Assembly (NCBI GenBank): GCA_040751795.1
Contig: JBFMHR010000002.1
Location: 192,001-256,000 of the forward strand
Length of the DNA stretch: 64,000 nt
Direction: 5' to 3'
Origin: Thermoplasmatota archaeon
GTDB taxonomy: Archaea > Thermoplasmatota > Thermoplasmata > UBA10834
The notes under the pieces are model-generated. The model ran no database searches. It was given only the letters and a program-made list of their open reading frames with translations, and was not told the DNA's origin. This document shows positions 28,916 to 39,575 of this stretch, one piece after another. Made by a program: the position numbers and the translations under genes. Numbering within the stretch: position 1 is the stretch's first letter; each line of letters starts with the position of its first letter.

Positions 28916-31900
28916 ATGCCCGCTCGGGTTCGGGGCGGCCCAACCGCGGTTCTTCTGGCGGTCATCATCCTCGGGAGCTCGGTCATCCCCCTCATGGACT
29001 ACTCGGTCGCCCCCGCCTCTGCCGAGTCGCTCCCGCTCTGGTCCAAGACATTCCGGATGCACGAGGGGGTCCCGTCAGTCGTGAGCGACTACGACTGGCT
29101 CAACACCTCCGCCCCGCAGAACCCAGGTGACCTGGACTACGACGGGGACGGCCTCCTCGGCGTCACGATCAGGAAGAACCTCCCGTCGCAGAGGTGGAGG
29201 CACTTCTGGGCCCTGGACCCGCCCGTCAACGCGGACGTGAGGGTCCTCGGCGACATCGATTTCCACATATGGGCGGCCTCGAGGGACAACGAGTCCGCGT
29301 CCATACTGACCGTCCTCCTCTCGGACATGGCGCCTGGGCAGTGGTCCCTGCCTGGCGACTGGGTCGCGGTGGGCACCGCGAGCATCCCCCTCCAGGGGCC
29401 GGTGTTCTCCGCCTTCAAGGCGTACGACCTGACCGTCGCGGGAGTCGACCACACCCTTGCGGAAGGCCACCGCCTCGTGCTCACGATCATGAGGGGGGAC
29501 TCCCTCAACGACGGGCTCCTCATCCTGTACGACGACGACTACTTCGACTCCTACATCGTGACCCCGGTCGAGGACTTCGTCTCGGTCTCGTCCGTCTGGA
29601 CCGAGGACGGCTCCGGCGCTGCGACCGATGTCTTCTCCGACTCGGAGCCGATAGTCGTGCTCGCGAACGTCACGAACCCGTTCGGGACCTACGAGACTGC
29701 GCCCGCGGAGTGCACGGTCGTCTACAGCTCCAACGGGACGGTCGTCGAGCCCAGGGCCGCCATGACGGCGGTGGCCGTGGACCCCTCTCCCGACTCATCC
29801 TGGATCCTCTTCTCCTCCTCCGTCGGCCCCCTCGGCAGCGGCGAATACACCATATCGGTCAACGGCAGCGACCCCCACGGCTCCCCGACCTGGATGAACG
29901 CCTCGGTGTCGGTCGTGGCCGTCGACCACTTCTCCGTCGCCGCCCCGGCCTCGGTCACCGCGGGCGTGGAGTTCGAGATGAGCGTGACGGCCCTCGACTC
30001 GGCTGACGCGGTCATCCCCAACTGGCGCGGAACCGTCACTCTCGAGGCCTACGAAGAGGACATGGTCACGCCCTTGCCAGAGCCCCTCTGGAACTCGTCG
30101 GTGGAGTTCGACGGGACGAGCGGCGGGGCGGTCACGGTCTACGACCAGGTATACAACGTCAGCGAGGAGGTCATGGTGATCAGGGCCTCCTCCAACGGCC
30201 ATCTCGGCTGGAGCGCGCCGGTCGCCGTGTTCGCGGGGCCGGTGGCCTCGGTCTCCTTGGAACCGTCCGGTCCGCTCTCCGTGGAGCTGGGCGGCTCCCA
30301 GCTGTTCACGGCCGAGGGGCGCGACTCGACCGGGCACCTGAACCTCAGCTGGTCCGCGGTGTGGTCCCTGGACGGGGACATCGGCGGCCTGGTCCCGTCG
30401 GGGTTCGCCGCGACGCTCACCGTCGACTCCGCGGGCAGCGGGGTCGTCCGGTGCGTGGACGCCTCCTCCGACGCCAACGCGTCCGCCGACGTGACGGTCG
30501 ACGCGGGCCCGCTCGCGAGGATCGAGCTGACCCCTGCCGGCCCCATCACGGTGAAGGAGGGGGAGACGGTCCCCGTGACGGCCGTCGGCTACGACTCGTT
30601 CGACAACGTCGTCCCGCTACCGGGCCCGATGTGGTACACGAACACATCAGGCCAGATCACGGGGACGGGCCCATCCGTAACTTACAAGGCGGGCTTCATC
30701 CCGGAGGCGGGCGTGATAACCGTGTCCTCGGGGACGACGAGCGCGTCCCTCGCGGTCACGGTCACCAACGCCCTGAACGGCCCGTGGCTCAGCACCATCC
30801 CGACCCAGATCGCAAACGAGGACGGTTCCTGGACGCTCAGCCTCGCGTCCTACTGGAACCACGTGAACGGGACGTCCGCCCTGAGGTGGTACGCGGAAGG
30901 GGTGGACAACTCCCTCTACATCATCACCTTCGATCCCGCGTCCCCCGCGCTGGTCCTGTTCATGACCCAGCCCGACAAGTCGGGGACCGACACGTTCAGG
31001 CTCTGGGTCAGGGACGCCGACGGCTACTCGACCTACCAGGACGTCGTGGTGAGCATCCAGCCGGTCAACGACATGCCGGTGTTCGTGCACACGCCCCCGA
31101 CCGAGTTCTACGTCAAGTTCAACACCCCGTACTCGTTCGACTTCGAGTACTACGTCTCCGACGTCGACAACCCGCCCGAGGAGCTCATGATGTTCGCGAC
31201 GTCCTCCGAGTGGGGCTCGGTCGTGTTCGAGGGCTTCATAGCGTCGTTCCTCTTCATCGAGAAGGACGGCAGGGAGAGCTACTTCGAGACCATGAGGGTC
31301 ACGCTGACGGACGCCTCGTCCCAGCAGGCGGCGGACTCGACCAACTCCGCCTACCTCGGGATAGTGGTGTGGGTGACCGAGGACACGCCGCCGGACCTGA
31401 CCGCCGAGCTCCCGGACGTCACGGACCTCATGGAGGGCGAGATGGACAGGCCGGTCTTCGACCTCGACGACTACTTCGAGGACATCGACGAGGACGTGCT
31501 CCTCTACGACTACGGTTTCCTCAACATCGACGTGGACATCGACCCGGACACCCACGTCGTCAACATGTCGGCCCCCTACGAGTGGTCTGGCATGACGGAC
31601 GGGACCTTCACCGCGGTCGACCCGACGGGCGCCTTCAAGACGGACACGGTCACCGTGACGGTCATCCCCGTCAACGACGCCCCCTCCGTGACCTCGCCGG
31701 AGTCGGTCCATGTACGCTACGACGTCGAGTATAGGCTCGACGCTGGCATGTACGTGCACGACCCCGACCACTCGTTCGCCGAGCTCACGTTCACCTTCGA
31801 CAGCCCGTACGTCTCGTATTCCGGCGGTGACATCTGCCTGCTCTTCCCCCCGGACCTGCTGGGGGGGTCGTACGATGGCGCCTACAACGTCTACGTCATG

Positions 31901-33109
31901 ATGATGGTGGAGGACCCGGAGGGGGCGAGGGACTGGGGCAACTTCACGGTCACCGTGAGCGACAACTATCCCCCGGGGACGGTCGACCCGGTCCCCTACC
32001 CCGACATCGTCTCCTTCCCCGAGGACGGCTACCTCAACGGCACCATCGACCTGGACGCGCTGTTCTTCGACCCGGACGACTCGGACCTCACCTACGTCGT
32101 CGAGTTCGTCGGCGGGGGCGGCGACCTGAAGGTCGCGATATATGAGGACGGTTCCGTGAACTTCTCCGCCGCGGCCAACTGGTCCGGCTATCAGGTCGTG
32201 AAGTTCATATGCAACGACACCCACCATGCCCGGGCCTTCTGGAGCCTCATGGTCGTCGTGACCCCGGTCAACGACGCGCCAGTCGTCGAGCAGATCCGGG
32301 ACAGGACATTCGTCGGGTGGCCGGGCAGCTTCCAGCTGTTCATCATGCAGTACGTGTGGGACAGGGAGACGCCCTTCCTGGACCTGGACATCTTCGCGAC
32401 CCCGGACACGCAGGTCTCGGCGGTCGGAAGGTACCTCTTCGTCAGCATGCAGGAGGGCCAGGACGAGATAGCCATCACCCTCTACGTCGAGGACGCCGAG
32501 GGCGCGCGCTCCGAGACCGTCACGTTCACAGTCAAGCTGGAGAAGACCACCGCCGACGCCATCGGCTACCCATACACCTTCCCGCTGGTCCTCCTCGCTG
32601 CCGCGGTCGCCGGCTACTTCATCGCGAGCAGGCTCCCGAGACCCTACTCCCTCGAGAACCTCTTCCTGATACACAACGACGGAAGGCTCGTGGCCCACGT
32701 GACCAGGGAGGAGAACACCAGCATAGACAAGGACGTGGTGAGCGCCATGTTCACCGCGGTCCAGGAGTTCGTGCGCGACTCCTTCCAGGCCGGCGAGGTC
32801 GGCCTCAAGAAGCTCGAGATAGGCGACAAGAACGTCCTCATCGAGAAGGGCAAGTCCGTCTACGTTGCGATGATCTACTCCGGCTGGCCGCCGAAGGACG
32901 TCTTCGGCAACATCCCGATGCTCCTCAGGGACATCGAGGAGCGCTACGGCGAGAGGATCGAGCACTGGAACGGGACGATGAAGACGGTGAAGGGCGTCGA
33001 GGGCATGCTGCAGAAGTTCATGTCGAAGGAGTTCAGGCCCGGCTCGTGGACCGCCGAGGAGGAGATCCGCGAGGAGGAGTGGGTGGACATCCTCTCCAAG
33101 GAGAGCTGA
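28916..33109 (+). CDS. Large single-pass cell-surface protein: signal peptide, Ig-like and cadherin-like repeats, TM helix, cytoplasmic longin/roadblock-like domain
   Basis: AGGAGG SD then MPARV..AVLLAVIILG..PASA; linkers PVNDMP and PVNDAP (x2); acidic DxD motifs; TM FPLVLLAAAVAGYFIA; tail LFLIHNDGRLV...SAMFTAVQEFVRDSF. Fold of the tail is inferred. Confidence 0.85.
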   Translation: MPARVRGGPTAVLLAVIILGSSVIPLMDYSVAPASAESLPLWSKTFRMHEGVPSVVSDYDWLNTSAPQNPGDLDYDGDGLLGVTIRKNLPSQRWRHFWALDPPVNADVRVLGDIDFHIWAASRDNESASILTVLLSDMAPGQWSLPGDWVAVGTASIPLQGPVFSAFKAYDLTVAGVDHTLAEGHRLVLTIMRGDSLNDGLLILYDDDYFDSYIVTPVEDFVSVSSVWTEDGSGAATDVFSDSEPIVVLANVTNPFGTYETAPAECTVVYSSNGTVVEPRAAMTAVAVDPSPDSSWILFSSSVGPLGSGEYTISVNGSDPHGSPTWMNASVSVVAVDHFSVAAPASVTAGVEFEMSVTALDSADAVIPNWRGTVTLEAYEEDMVTPLPEPLWNSSVEFDGTSGGAVTVYDQVYNVSEEVMVIRASSNGHLGWSAPVAVFAGPVASVSLEPSGPLSVELGGSQLFTAEGRDSTGHLNLSWSAVWSLDGDIGGLVPSGFAATLTVDSAGSGVVRCVDASSDANASADVTVDAGPLARIELTPAGPITVKEGETVPVTAVGYDSFDNVVPLPGPMWYTNTSGQITGTGPSVTYKAGFIPEAGVITVSSGTTSASLAVTVTNALNGPWLSTIPTQIANEDGSWTLSLASYWNHVNGTSALRWYAEGVDNSLYIITFDPASPALVLFMTQPDKSGTDTFRLWVRDADGYSTYQDVVVSIQPVNDMPVFVHTPPTEFYVKFNTPYSFDFEYYVSDVDNPPEELMMFATSSEWGSVVFEGFIASFLFIEKDGRESYFETMRVTLTDASSQQAADSTNSAYLGIVVWVTEDTPPDLTAELPDVTDLMEGEMDRPVFDLDDYFEDIDEDVLLYDYGFLNIDVDIDPDTHVVNMSAPYEWSGMTDGTFTAVDPTGAFKTDTVTVTVIPVNDAPSVTSPESVHVRYDVEYRLDAGMYVHDPDHSFAELTFTFDSPYVSYSGGDICLLFPPDLLGGSYDGAYNVYVMMMVEDPEGARDWGNFTVTVSDNYPPGTVDPVPYPDIVSFPEDGYLNGTIDLDALFFDPDDSDLTYVVEFVGGGGDLKVAIYEDGSVNFSAAANWSGYQVVKFICNDTHHARAFWSLMVVVTPVNDAPVVEQIRDRTFVGWPGSFQLFIMQYVWDRETPFLDLDIFATPDTQVSAVGRYLFVSMQEGQDEIAITLYVEDAEGARSETVTFTVKLEKTTADAIGYPYTFPLVLLAAAVAGYFIASRLPRPYSLENLFLIHNDGRLVAHVTREENTSIDKDVVSAMFTAVQEFVRDSFQAGEVGLKKLEIGDKNVLIEKGKSVYVAMIYSGWPPKDVFGNIPMLLRDIEERYGERIEHWNGTMKTVKGVEGMLQKFMSKEFRPGSWTAEEEIREEEWVDILSKES

Positions 33110-33123
33110 GCCGGACCGGCCCC

Positions 33124-34812
33124 TCACTTCGCGGCTTCCCTCAGTGCGAAGTCGACCAGCCTCTCCCTCGGCTCCCCGAGCTCGACCCCGTACTCCTCCC
33201 TCAGACGCATGGCGATCTCGCGCCTCATGAAGGGGATCGGGAGGCACCCCGCATAGAGCAGCGTGTCGTGGAAGAGCTTCATGGAGAACCGGTCGCCGGT
33301 GGCGCGCCTCACGTCCTCGAGCAGCTGCAGCAGGGCGAGCTTCCCGATGAAGTACGACAGGTAGTAGGTGGGGCAGTAGGTGTAGCTCCTCGCCTCGCTG
33401 AGGGCGGCGTCCCTCTGCATGCTCGTCTCCCGCACGAGCATCTCGGCGACCTCGTCCGGCGTGGTCTCCCCCCTGGACAGCTTCACGTCCGCTATCACCC
33501 TGACGACCCTGAACATGAGGTCGCTCAGCTGGGCGAGCCTCCCCTCAGGGGTGTCGTTGAACCCCTGGTCCAGCATGAGCTCCTCGCAGTAGAGCGCCCA
33601 GCCCTCGCCGAAGTCCATCGAGTTGCTGAGCACGCGCACGAACGACGGGTGGGTGTTGGCGCATATCCCCTGCAGGTGGTGGCCAGGGTACCCCTCGTGG
33701 ACGGCCGTGTTGGATATCAGCGGGTAGCAGTGGTCCCTGAGTATCTCCTTGTTGTCGCTGGGCGTGACGAGGAACATGCCCGTCCGGGCCCCCGTGAACT
33801 TGCCGGGCTCGAACTGCGCCGCGAAGGGGGCCACGTGGCGCATGAAGGTCGGGGTCTCAATCACCCTGAGCTTCTCGCCGTCGGGCACCGTGGCGAGGTC
33901 CTTCCTGACCAGGAAGTCCCTGGCCCTCTGTATGTCCCTCCTGTAGCAGGCGAGGACCTCGTCGAAGTCGACCGGGTGCATGGACTTCATCAGGTGCAGC
34001 GCCTCGTCGACCGAGCCGGACCTCACCATCCTCCCCGCCGTCAGGGCCATGCGGTCCCTGGTCCTCGCCAGGTGGGCGGATCCGACCTCCAGGGCCTCGT
34101 CTGGGGTGATGTCGAACCCCTTGAGCCTCATGTAGCGCTCGAAGACGTCGGCGGCCATGTGCGTGTCCGGCCCGGAGCGAGGGAGCACCTCGTCCGCGAG
34201 CCATCGGTTGTACCCGTCCAGCGCTTCCTTGGCGCACCTCGCGGCCGAGGATAGCCTGGCGGTCCTGTCCGTCCTTCCGAACATGGCGGAGGCGTGCTCA
34301 TCGATGGTGTCGATGAACGGCAGGAGGGCCCTGCCGGTCTCGAGCGCGATCTCCGTCCAGAGCCTGCACGGGGCGGTCAACGCCGGCTTCGACCGCTCGA
34401 GGTACTCGGGGACCTTCTCCAGCCTGGAGGTTATCGCGTCTATCCTCTTCTCCAGGGGGCGGTCCTCCCGCGTGAAGAGGAAGAAGAGCGAGCTGCCGAG
34501 GTCCTCCGTGGCCATGGCCATCCTCTCGTGCATTCGGAGCTCCTCTATCTCGAAGATGCGCACCCTGAAGAGGTGGATGGCCAGGTCCCTGTCGATCCTC
34601 TCCTCCTCGGAGAGCTGGCCGTCCTGGAAACCCTGGAACTCCTTCACGACGGCCCTCAGCCTGGCCGCCTGGCGGGCGAACGCCTCGGGCGAGAGGTCCC
34701 TCACGCTGTGGTCGTACCTGTCCCACCCGAGCTGGGTCGCGTGGGCCGGGTCCCAGCCGAGCACTTCGTCTAGCACACGCTCGGTGAACTGAAGGAAGAG
34801 GGTGTTTGCCAC
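33124..34812 (-). CDS. DUF885-family putative metallopeptidase
   Basis: HEGYPGHHLQ, EGWALYCE, ADVKL, YLSYFIGK; GTG start inferred. Confidence 0.9.
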   Translation of the reverse strand: MANTLFLQFTERVLDEVLGWDPAHATQLGWDRYDHSVRDLSPEAFARQAARLRAVVKEFQGFQDGQLSEEERIDRDLAIHLFRVRIFEIEELRMHERMAMATEDLGSSLFFLFTREDRPLEKRIDAITSRLEKVPEYLERSKPALTAPCRLWTEIALETGRALLPFIDTIDEHASAMFGRTDRTARLSSAARCAKEALDGYNRWLADEVLPRSGPDTHMAADVFERYMRLKGFDITPDEALEVGSAHLARTRDRMALTAGRMVRSGSVDEALHLMKSMHPVDFDEVLACYRRDIQRARDFLVRKDLATVPDGEKLRVIETPTFMRHVAPFAAQFEPGKFTGARTGMFLVTPSDNKEILRDHCYPLISNTAVHEGYPGHHLQGICANTHPSFVRVLSNSMDFGEGWALYCEELMLDQGFNDTPEGRLAQLSDLMFRVVRVIADVKLSRGETTPDEVAEMLVRETSMQRDAALSEARSYTYCPTYYLSYFIGKLALLQLLEDVRRATGDRFSMKLFHDTLLYAGCLPIPFMRREIAMRLREEYGVELGEPRERLVDFALREAAK

Positions 34813-34983
34813 TGCGTTTCGAGCGAACGCCTCGCCGCGATATAAAAGTATATATAACTGCGTTAGGCGCGCCGACCTCCGCCCCGCCAGTGGCCAGTGC
34901 CCAGGGCCAGTGGGCCATCGGCGGCCCTGGCGCGCCCCCACCGCAAAGACTTATACCGCCCCCGTCTAATCCCAAAGACCCAG

Positions 34984-37275
34984 ATGTCGAACCAGAGCGG
35001 ACAGTCAGTCACTGTCACACTTCGGCGTGACCTCGGCCTTTTCGACGTGACGATGATAGGCGTGGGCGCCATGATCGGCACGAGCATCTTCGTGCTAATC
35101 GGCGTCACGGCCGGCGAGGTCGGCTCAGCGGTCATGCTCGTGTTCCTGCTGAACGCGTTGGCAACGCTGTTCACCGCGGGGACCTACGCGGAGCTAGGGT
35201 CGACGTTCCCCGAGGCCGGCGGCGGCTACCTGTGGGCCAAGAAGGGGCTGAGGCACCCCGCTGCGTTCCTCTCCGGGTGGATGTCCTGGTTCGGCCACAC
35301 CGTCGCATGCAGCTACTACAGCCTCGGAATGGGCTACGCGATGCTGGCCTTCATGGGCTACTTCCAGATCGACTTCTTCGGCCTCAGCGACGAGATGATC
35401 GTCAAGGCGTTCGCCGCCGTGGCCATACTGGCGTTCCTCGGAGTCAACTACGTGGGCGTGGGAGCGACCGGGAAGGCCGGCTACAGCATCACCCTGGTCC
35501 AGGTCCTGATAGTGACCTTCTTCGTCGCCTTCGCGGTCCTCTACGCGCTGGACCTGAAGGGCGTCCACGTGCTGGAGAACTTCGACCCCCTCATCCCGGA
35601 GGACAAGGGCCTGGCCGACGTGTTCATGGTCATGGGGTTCACGTTCATCGCCTTCGAGGGGTACGAGATAATCGTCCAGTGCGGCGAGGAGGTCAAGAAC
35701 CCCAAGAAGAACGTCCCGAGGGCGATATTCATCTCGGTGGGGGTCGCGGCGCTCCTGTACCTGGGCGTGGCCTTCGCCTGCATCACCAACTTCACCCCAG
35801 AGTGGATCGGCTCCGAGGGCGAGAACGCGGTCATATCGGTCTCGGAGCAGGTGATCCCGTACTTCGGCGCCCCCCTGGTCATATTCGGCAGCGTGCTCTC
35901 GGCCATGGCGGCCCTCAACGCGACCGTCTTCTCCTCGTCCAGGGTGAGCTTCGCCATGGGCCGGGACAGGTCCCTCCCGCGGCTGTTCGGCTCGATCCAC
36001 AGGACCAGGAGGGTCCCGCACAACGCCATACTCGTCACCGGCGCGATCATGCTCTTCATGGCCCTCTTCTTCCCGCTCGAGGTGGTCGTGGCGTCCACCT
36101 CGATCATGTTCCTCCTGCTCTTCACCCTGGCGAACGCGGCCTCCATAAGGCTGAGGCGGAGGCTCACCAAGATAGACATCGGCTACAAGACCCCCCTCTT
36201 CCCCCTCTTCCCCGTCATGGGGATCGTCTGCAGCCTGGCCATCGCCGCGTACCTCTATCTCTTCATGCCCATCGCGTGGTACATCACCGCCATATGGGTC
36301 GCCGTCGGGCTCGCGTTCTCCGCGTTCGCCAAGCCCTCCGAGGAGTACCAGTCCATCGTGGAGAGGAGGAGGGTCCCGCAGAGGCCCCTGTCGAAGGAGC
36401 AGATCGACAGGTACAGGGTCTTCCTCGCCCTCGGCGACCTGGGCGACCTCAGGCTCGTCGAGACCGCGGGCATAATAGCGAGGTACTTCAAGGGCGACCT
36501 GACGGTGAACAACGTGGTCGAGGTGCCGAGGGCGATGCCCCTGGAGGCCATCAGCAAGGACTATGTCGACGAGATCGCCATGGGCCTCAAGAAGGCGGTC
36601 AAGGTCGCCCCGTCAACCGTCTCCGTCAGGCCCGTAGTCTCGGTGTCGTACTACGTCCCGGGGGCGATACTCGACCAGATCAAGCACGAGGCGGCCAACC
36701 TCCTCGTCCTCGGGTGGAAGGGCACCAAGAGGCGCGGCAGGACCATCCTCGGCAGGAACCTGGACGAGGTGGTGAGGCGCGCGCCGTGCGACGTCGCCAT
36801 CATCAAGACGAAGAGGCTGAGCAAGAGCATAGACCGGATACTGGTCGTGTCGGGGAAGTACTTCGAGACGAGGAAGGCGCTCCTCCTCGCCCTCCCGCTC
36901 GCGAGGGAGTACGGCGCCTCCATCGAGATACTGGCCGTGATCACCGAGGACCGTCAGGTCGCCCTCGCGAAGGGCAACGCGGAGCGGCTGAGCAAGGTCT
37001 GCGCCCGCGCCAACGTGAGCCACGAGGTGAGGTACCTGAGGTCCAAGTCCCTCGTGCACGCCGTCCAGCAGGAGACCCCGAAGTTCGACCTCCTCGTGAT
37101 GGGCGCGGGCCCGCAGACCGCCATAGAGAGGACCCTCTTCGGCGCGTCGTTCGACAGGATAATCAGGTCCGTGGACGTGCCCGTCATGATACTGAAGACC
37201 ACGAACGTCGGGAAGACGCCCCAGCCCGGGGCGATGCCCTTCCCGCAGTTCATGCCGCCGGGCAGGACCTCCTAG
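34984..37275 (+). CDS. APC-family amino acid permease with two C-terminal USP-like domains
   Basis: GAMIGTSIF, EAGGGY, FIAFEGYE, EEVKNP, SSSRVSFAMGRD; LLVLGW..APCDV and LLVMGA..DVPVMI. Confidence 0.9.
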   Translation: MSNQSGQSVTVTLRRDLGLFDVTMIGVGAMIGTSIFVLIGVTAGEVGSAVMLVFLLNALATLFTAGTYAELGSTFPEAGGGYLWAKKGLRHPAAFLSGWMSWFGHTVACSYYSLGMGYAMLAFMGYFQIDFFGLSDEMIVKAFAAVAILAFLGVNYVGVGATGKAGYSITLVQVLIVTFFVAFAVLYALDLKGVHVLENFDPLIPEDKGLADVFMVMGFTFIAFEGYEIIVQCGEEVKNPKKNVPRAIFISVGVAALLYLGVAFACITNFTPEWIGSEGENAVISVSEQVIPYFGAPLVIFGSVLSAMAALNATVFSSSRVSFAMGRDRSLPRLFGSIHRTRRVPHNAILVTGAIMLFMALFFPLEVVVASTSIMFLLLFTLANAASIRLRRRLTKIDIGYKTPLFPLFPVMGIVCSLAIAAYLYLFMPIAWYITAIWVAVGLAFSAFAKPSEEYQSIVERRRVPQRPLSKEQIDRYRVFLALGDLGDLRLVETAGIIARYFKGDLTVNNVVEVPRAMPLEAISKDYVDEIAMGLKKAVKVAPSTVSVRPVVSVSYYVPGAILDQIKHEAANLLVLGWKGTKRRGRTILGRNLDEVVRRAPCDVAIIKTKRLSKSIDRILVVSGKYFETRKALLLALPLAREYGASIEILAVITEDRQVALAKGNAERLSKVCARANVSHEVRYLRSKSLVHAVQQETPKFDLLVMGAGPQTAIERTLFGASFDRIIRSVDVPVMILKTTNVGKTPQPGAMPFPQFMPPGRTS

Positions 37276-37727
37276 GCCGCCGCGCCGCCGAAGAGCTCCT
37301 CGAGGGCCTTCCTGGCCGTCCTGGTGAGGTCCATGGCCTTGGCCTCCTCGAAGGTGACCCACTTGATGTCCGTGACCTCCCCGCTGAGCCGCTCCTTGCC
37401 GCCCACGGGCTTCGAGAGGAAGTCGACCAGGACGTAGTGGTACTTCGCCCGTCCCTCCCCGTCCAGGTCCACCATGTCGAACACGTTTATCAGCTCCAGG
37501 ACCTCGACCCTCAGCCCCGTCTCCTCCTCGGTCTCCCTCACGGCGGCCTCGGACAGCTTCTCGCCGACCTCCACGAGGCCGCCCGGGATGCTCCACTTGC
37601 CCGCCCCTGGCTCGAAGGCCCTCCTGATGAGCAGTATCCTGCCGTTCTTGATGGTCACCGTGCCCACGCCCACTAGCGGCGCCTCGGGGTACTCCCGCCT
37701 GGGCCCTCCCTTGTCGTCACCGGTCAT
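37272..37727 (-). CDS. NUDIX hydrolase (ADP-ribose pyrophosphatase-like)
   Basis: Nudix box GLVEVGEKLSEAAVRETEEETGL. Confidence 0.92.
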   Translation of the reverse strand: MTGDDKGGPRREYPEAPLVGVGTVTIKNGRILLIRRAFEPGAGKWSIPGGLVEVGEKLSEAAVRETEEETGLRVEVLELINVFDMVDLDGEGRAKYHYVLVDFLSKPVGGKERLSGEVTDIKWVTFEEAKAMDLTRTARKALEELFGGAAA

Positions 37728-38800
37728 CCAGATGCCCTGCCTCGCCTTCTGCGAAAGTGAATGTACAATGCGACCGACACGGTCGCTGCGGACATTATAA
37801 CTGTCCCGAAAAGCAGGAGGTCCGCCCCCCCGTCGTCGTCCATCAGGAGGAGCCCCCCGAGGAGCGCCTCCGCGACCGCCTCCACCTGGTCCATGGCCAG
37901 GGTCTCGAGCGTGTCCGCGGCCGTGTGGTAGTACGGGTTCACGGGGAAGTCGCGGTCGCCGAGCTCCTCGATCACGAGCATGCTGGGGATGCCGGCGTCC
38001 CAGAAGGAGCCGTGGTCGCTGAACGTGATGTCGGGCTCCACCAGTGCCTCGAGGGAGAGGTCGACCCCGAACGCGTCGACGGCCCCCGCGACCGACCGCG
38101 CGAGGGCGTCCTCGCCGTCGTTGAGGACCAGCACGGCCCTGTTGTCCTCGCCCGCCCTGTACCCGACCATGTCCAGCACCGCGGTGCCGGCGTAGGTGTG
38201 GCCCAGTGCCTCCTCCACCTTCACGAAGTACTCGCTCCCCTTGCACCCCCCGGAGTCGTCGTAGCCGTACTCCTCGGCCCCGAACATGACGAACTTGACC
38301 GTCCACGGCAGGTGGGCCCCGCTCAGGACCCTGGCGATCTCCAGGACCGCCGCCACCCCTGAGGCGTCGTCGTCCGCGCCCGGCGCCGAGAGGTTCTCCG
38401 CGGACGACAGGTCGGACGCCCCCGAGTTCTCGGAGTCGTAGTGGGCCCCGAAGAGGTACATCCCGTCGCCCCCGCTGCCGGGGATGGTCGCGACGACGTT
38501 GGACACCAGCGCGTCGCCGACGGCGAAGTACTGGTGCTCGACCTCCGCGCCGAATCCCTCGAAGGAGCCATGCAGGAACTCGGCCGCCTCCATGGCCGAA
38601 CCGAGGTGGAACTCCCTGGACCCGAAGCCCTGGAGGGCGGCGATGGTGGCGGCCATGTTCCCCTGGTCCAACGAGGCGACGAGCCCGATGTCCTCTGGCT
38701 CGGCGCCCGCGGCGCCGTCCGCCGCCCAGAGGGCGGGCGCAATCAGGGCCGCCACGGCAAGGGCCGCGGCCCAGCCGGCACCGCGTCCGTCAGTCGCCAT
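37724..38800 (-). CDS. Secreted, membrane-anchored M28-family peptidase
   Basis: Signal peptide; GAHYDS, GADDDASG, AEEYG, LDMVG, SDHGSF, YHTAAD; C-terminal TM plus basic tail. Confidence 0.9.
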   Translation of the reverse strand: MATDGRGAGWAAALAVAALIAPALWAADGAAGAEPEDIGLVASLDQGNMAATIAALQGFGSREFHLGSAMEAAEFLHGSFEGFGAEVEHQYFAVGDALVSNVVATIPGSGGDGMYLFGAHYDSENSGASDLSSAENLSAPGADDDASGVAAVLEIARVLSGAHLPWTVKFVMFGAEEYGYDDSGGCKGSEYFVKVEEALGHTYAGTAVLDMVGYRAGEDNRAVLVLNDGEDALARSVAGAVDAFGVDLSLEALVEPDITFSDHGSFWDAGIPSMLVIEELGDRDFPVNPYYHTAADTLETLAMDQVEAVAEALLGGLLLMDDDGGADLLLFGTVIMSAATVSVALYIHFRRRRGRASG

Positions 38801-38867
38801 CAGACCAGGGCCTCACGGGCTACCTGAGAGGTCAACCATATAATGCAGGTTTCGCCATACCCGGCGC

Positions 38868-39575
38868 GTGGACCTAGAGTGCGTCTTCAGGAGGGTGGGG
38901 AAGCAGATCTCGGCGGACAGGGTCTCGGCCGAGTTCCACCCGTACAGCGAGCTCAAGCACACCTGGAGGCACAGGCGGGGCACCGTCTTCTTCCGCATTA
39001 GCGACTACATGGACGCGTCCCCGGAGCCGGTCGTCGAGGCCCTCGCCTGGTTCCTCCTATGCCGCGCCTACGGGAAGAGGTGCCCGGACGGCATGGCGGG
39101 GAGGTACCTGGAGCACGCGCGGTCCAGGGAGATGTGGGCGCCCAAGAAGCCGGTCTACATGGGCAGGGCGCGGAACCTGGCCTTCAGGCCCGTGGGCGCC
39201 CACCGCGACCTCGGCGCGGTCTTCGACTACGTCAACTCCTGCTACTTCGGCGGCTCGATAAGGCGCCCCGACCTGGCGTGGGCGAGGGAGTCGCCGTCCG
39301 TGAGGCTGGGGTTCTACTTCGAACCCCTCGACATCCTGGCCGCGAACCGCGCGCTCGACTCGGAGAAGGTGCCCAGGTACGTCCTGGAGTTCGTCATGTA
39401 CCACGAGCTGCTCCACGGGGTCTTGGACGCCAAGGGCACCCCGACCCGGCGACTGCACCACACGAAGGAGTTCAGGGAGAGGGAGCGGCGCTTCTCCATG
39501 TACGACGAGGCGGAGGAGTGGCTGTCGAGGCTGGCCAGGCGGAAGCGGGCCGAGAAGGGTGTCCCCCAGGTGTAA
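38868..39575 (+). CDS. YgjP/SprT-like zinc metalloprotease domain protein
   Basis: YVLEFVMYHELLH...HTKEF. Confidence 0.8.
   Translation: MDLECVFRRVGKQISADRVSAEFHPYSELKHTWRHRRGTVFFRISDYMDASPEPVVEALAWFLLCRAYGKRCPDGMAGRYLEHARSREMWAPKKPVYMGRARNLAFRPVGAHRDLGAVFDYVNSCYFGGSIRRPDLAWARESPSVRLGFYFEPLDILAANRALDSEKVPRYVLEFVMYHELLHGVLDAKGTPTRRLHHTKEFRERERRFSMYDEAEEWLSRLARRKRAEKGVPQV

Noticed and set aside
34886-34920. Degenerate 7-nt tandem repeat (GCCAGTG-like, 4-5 copies)
   Set aside because: Too short and degenerate; no spacers, so not CRISPR; no supportable function.
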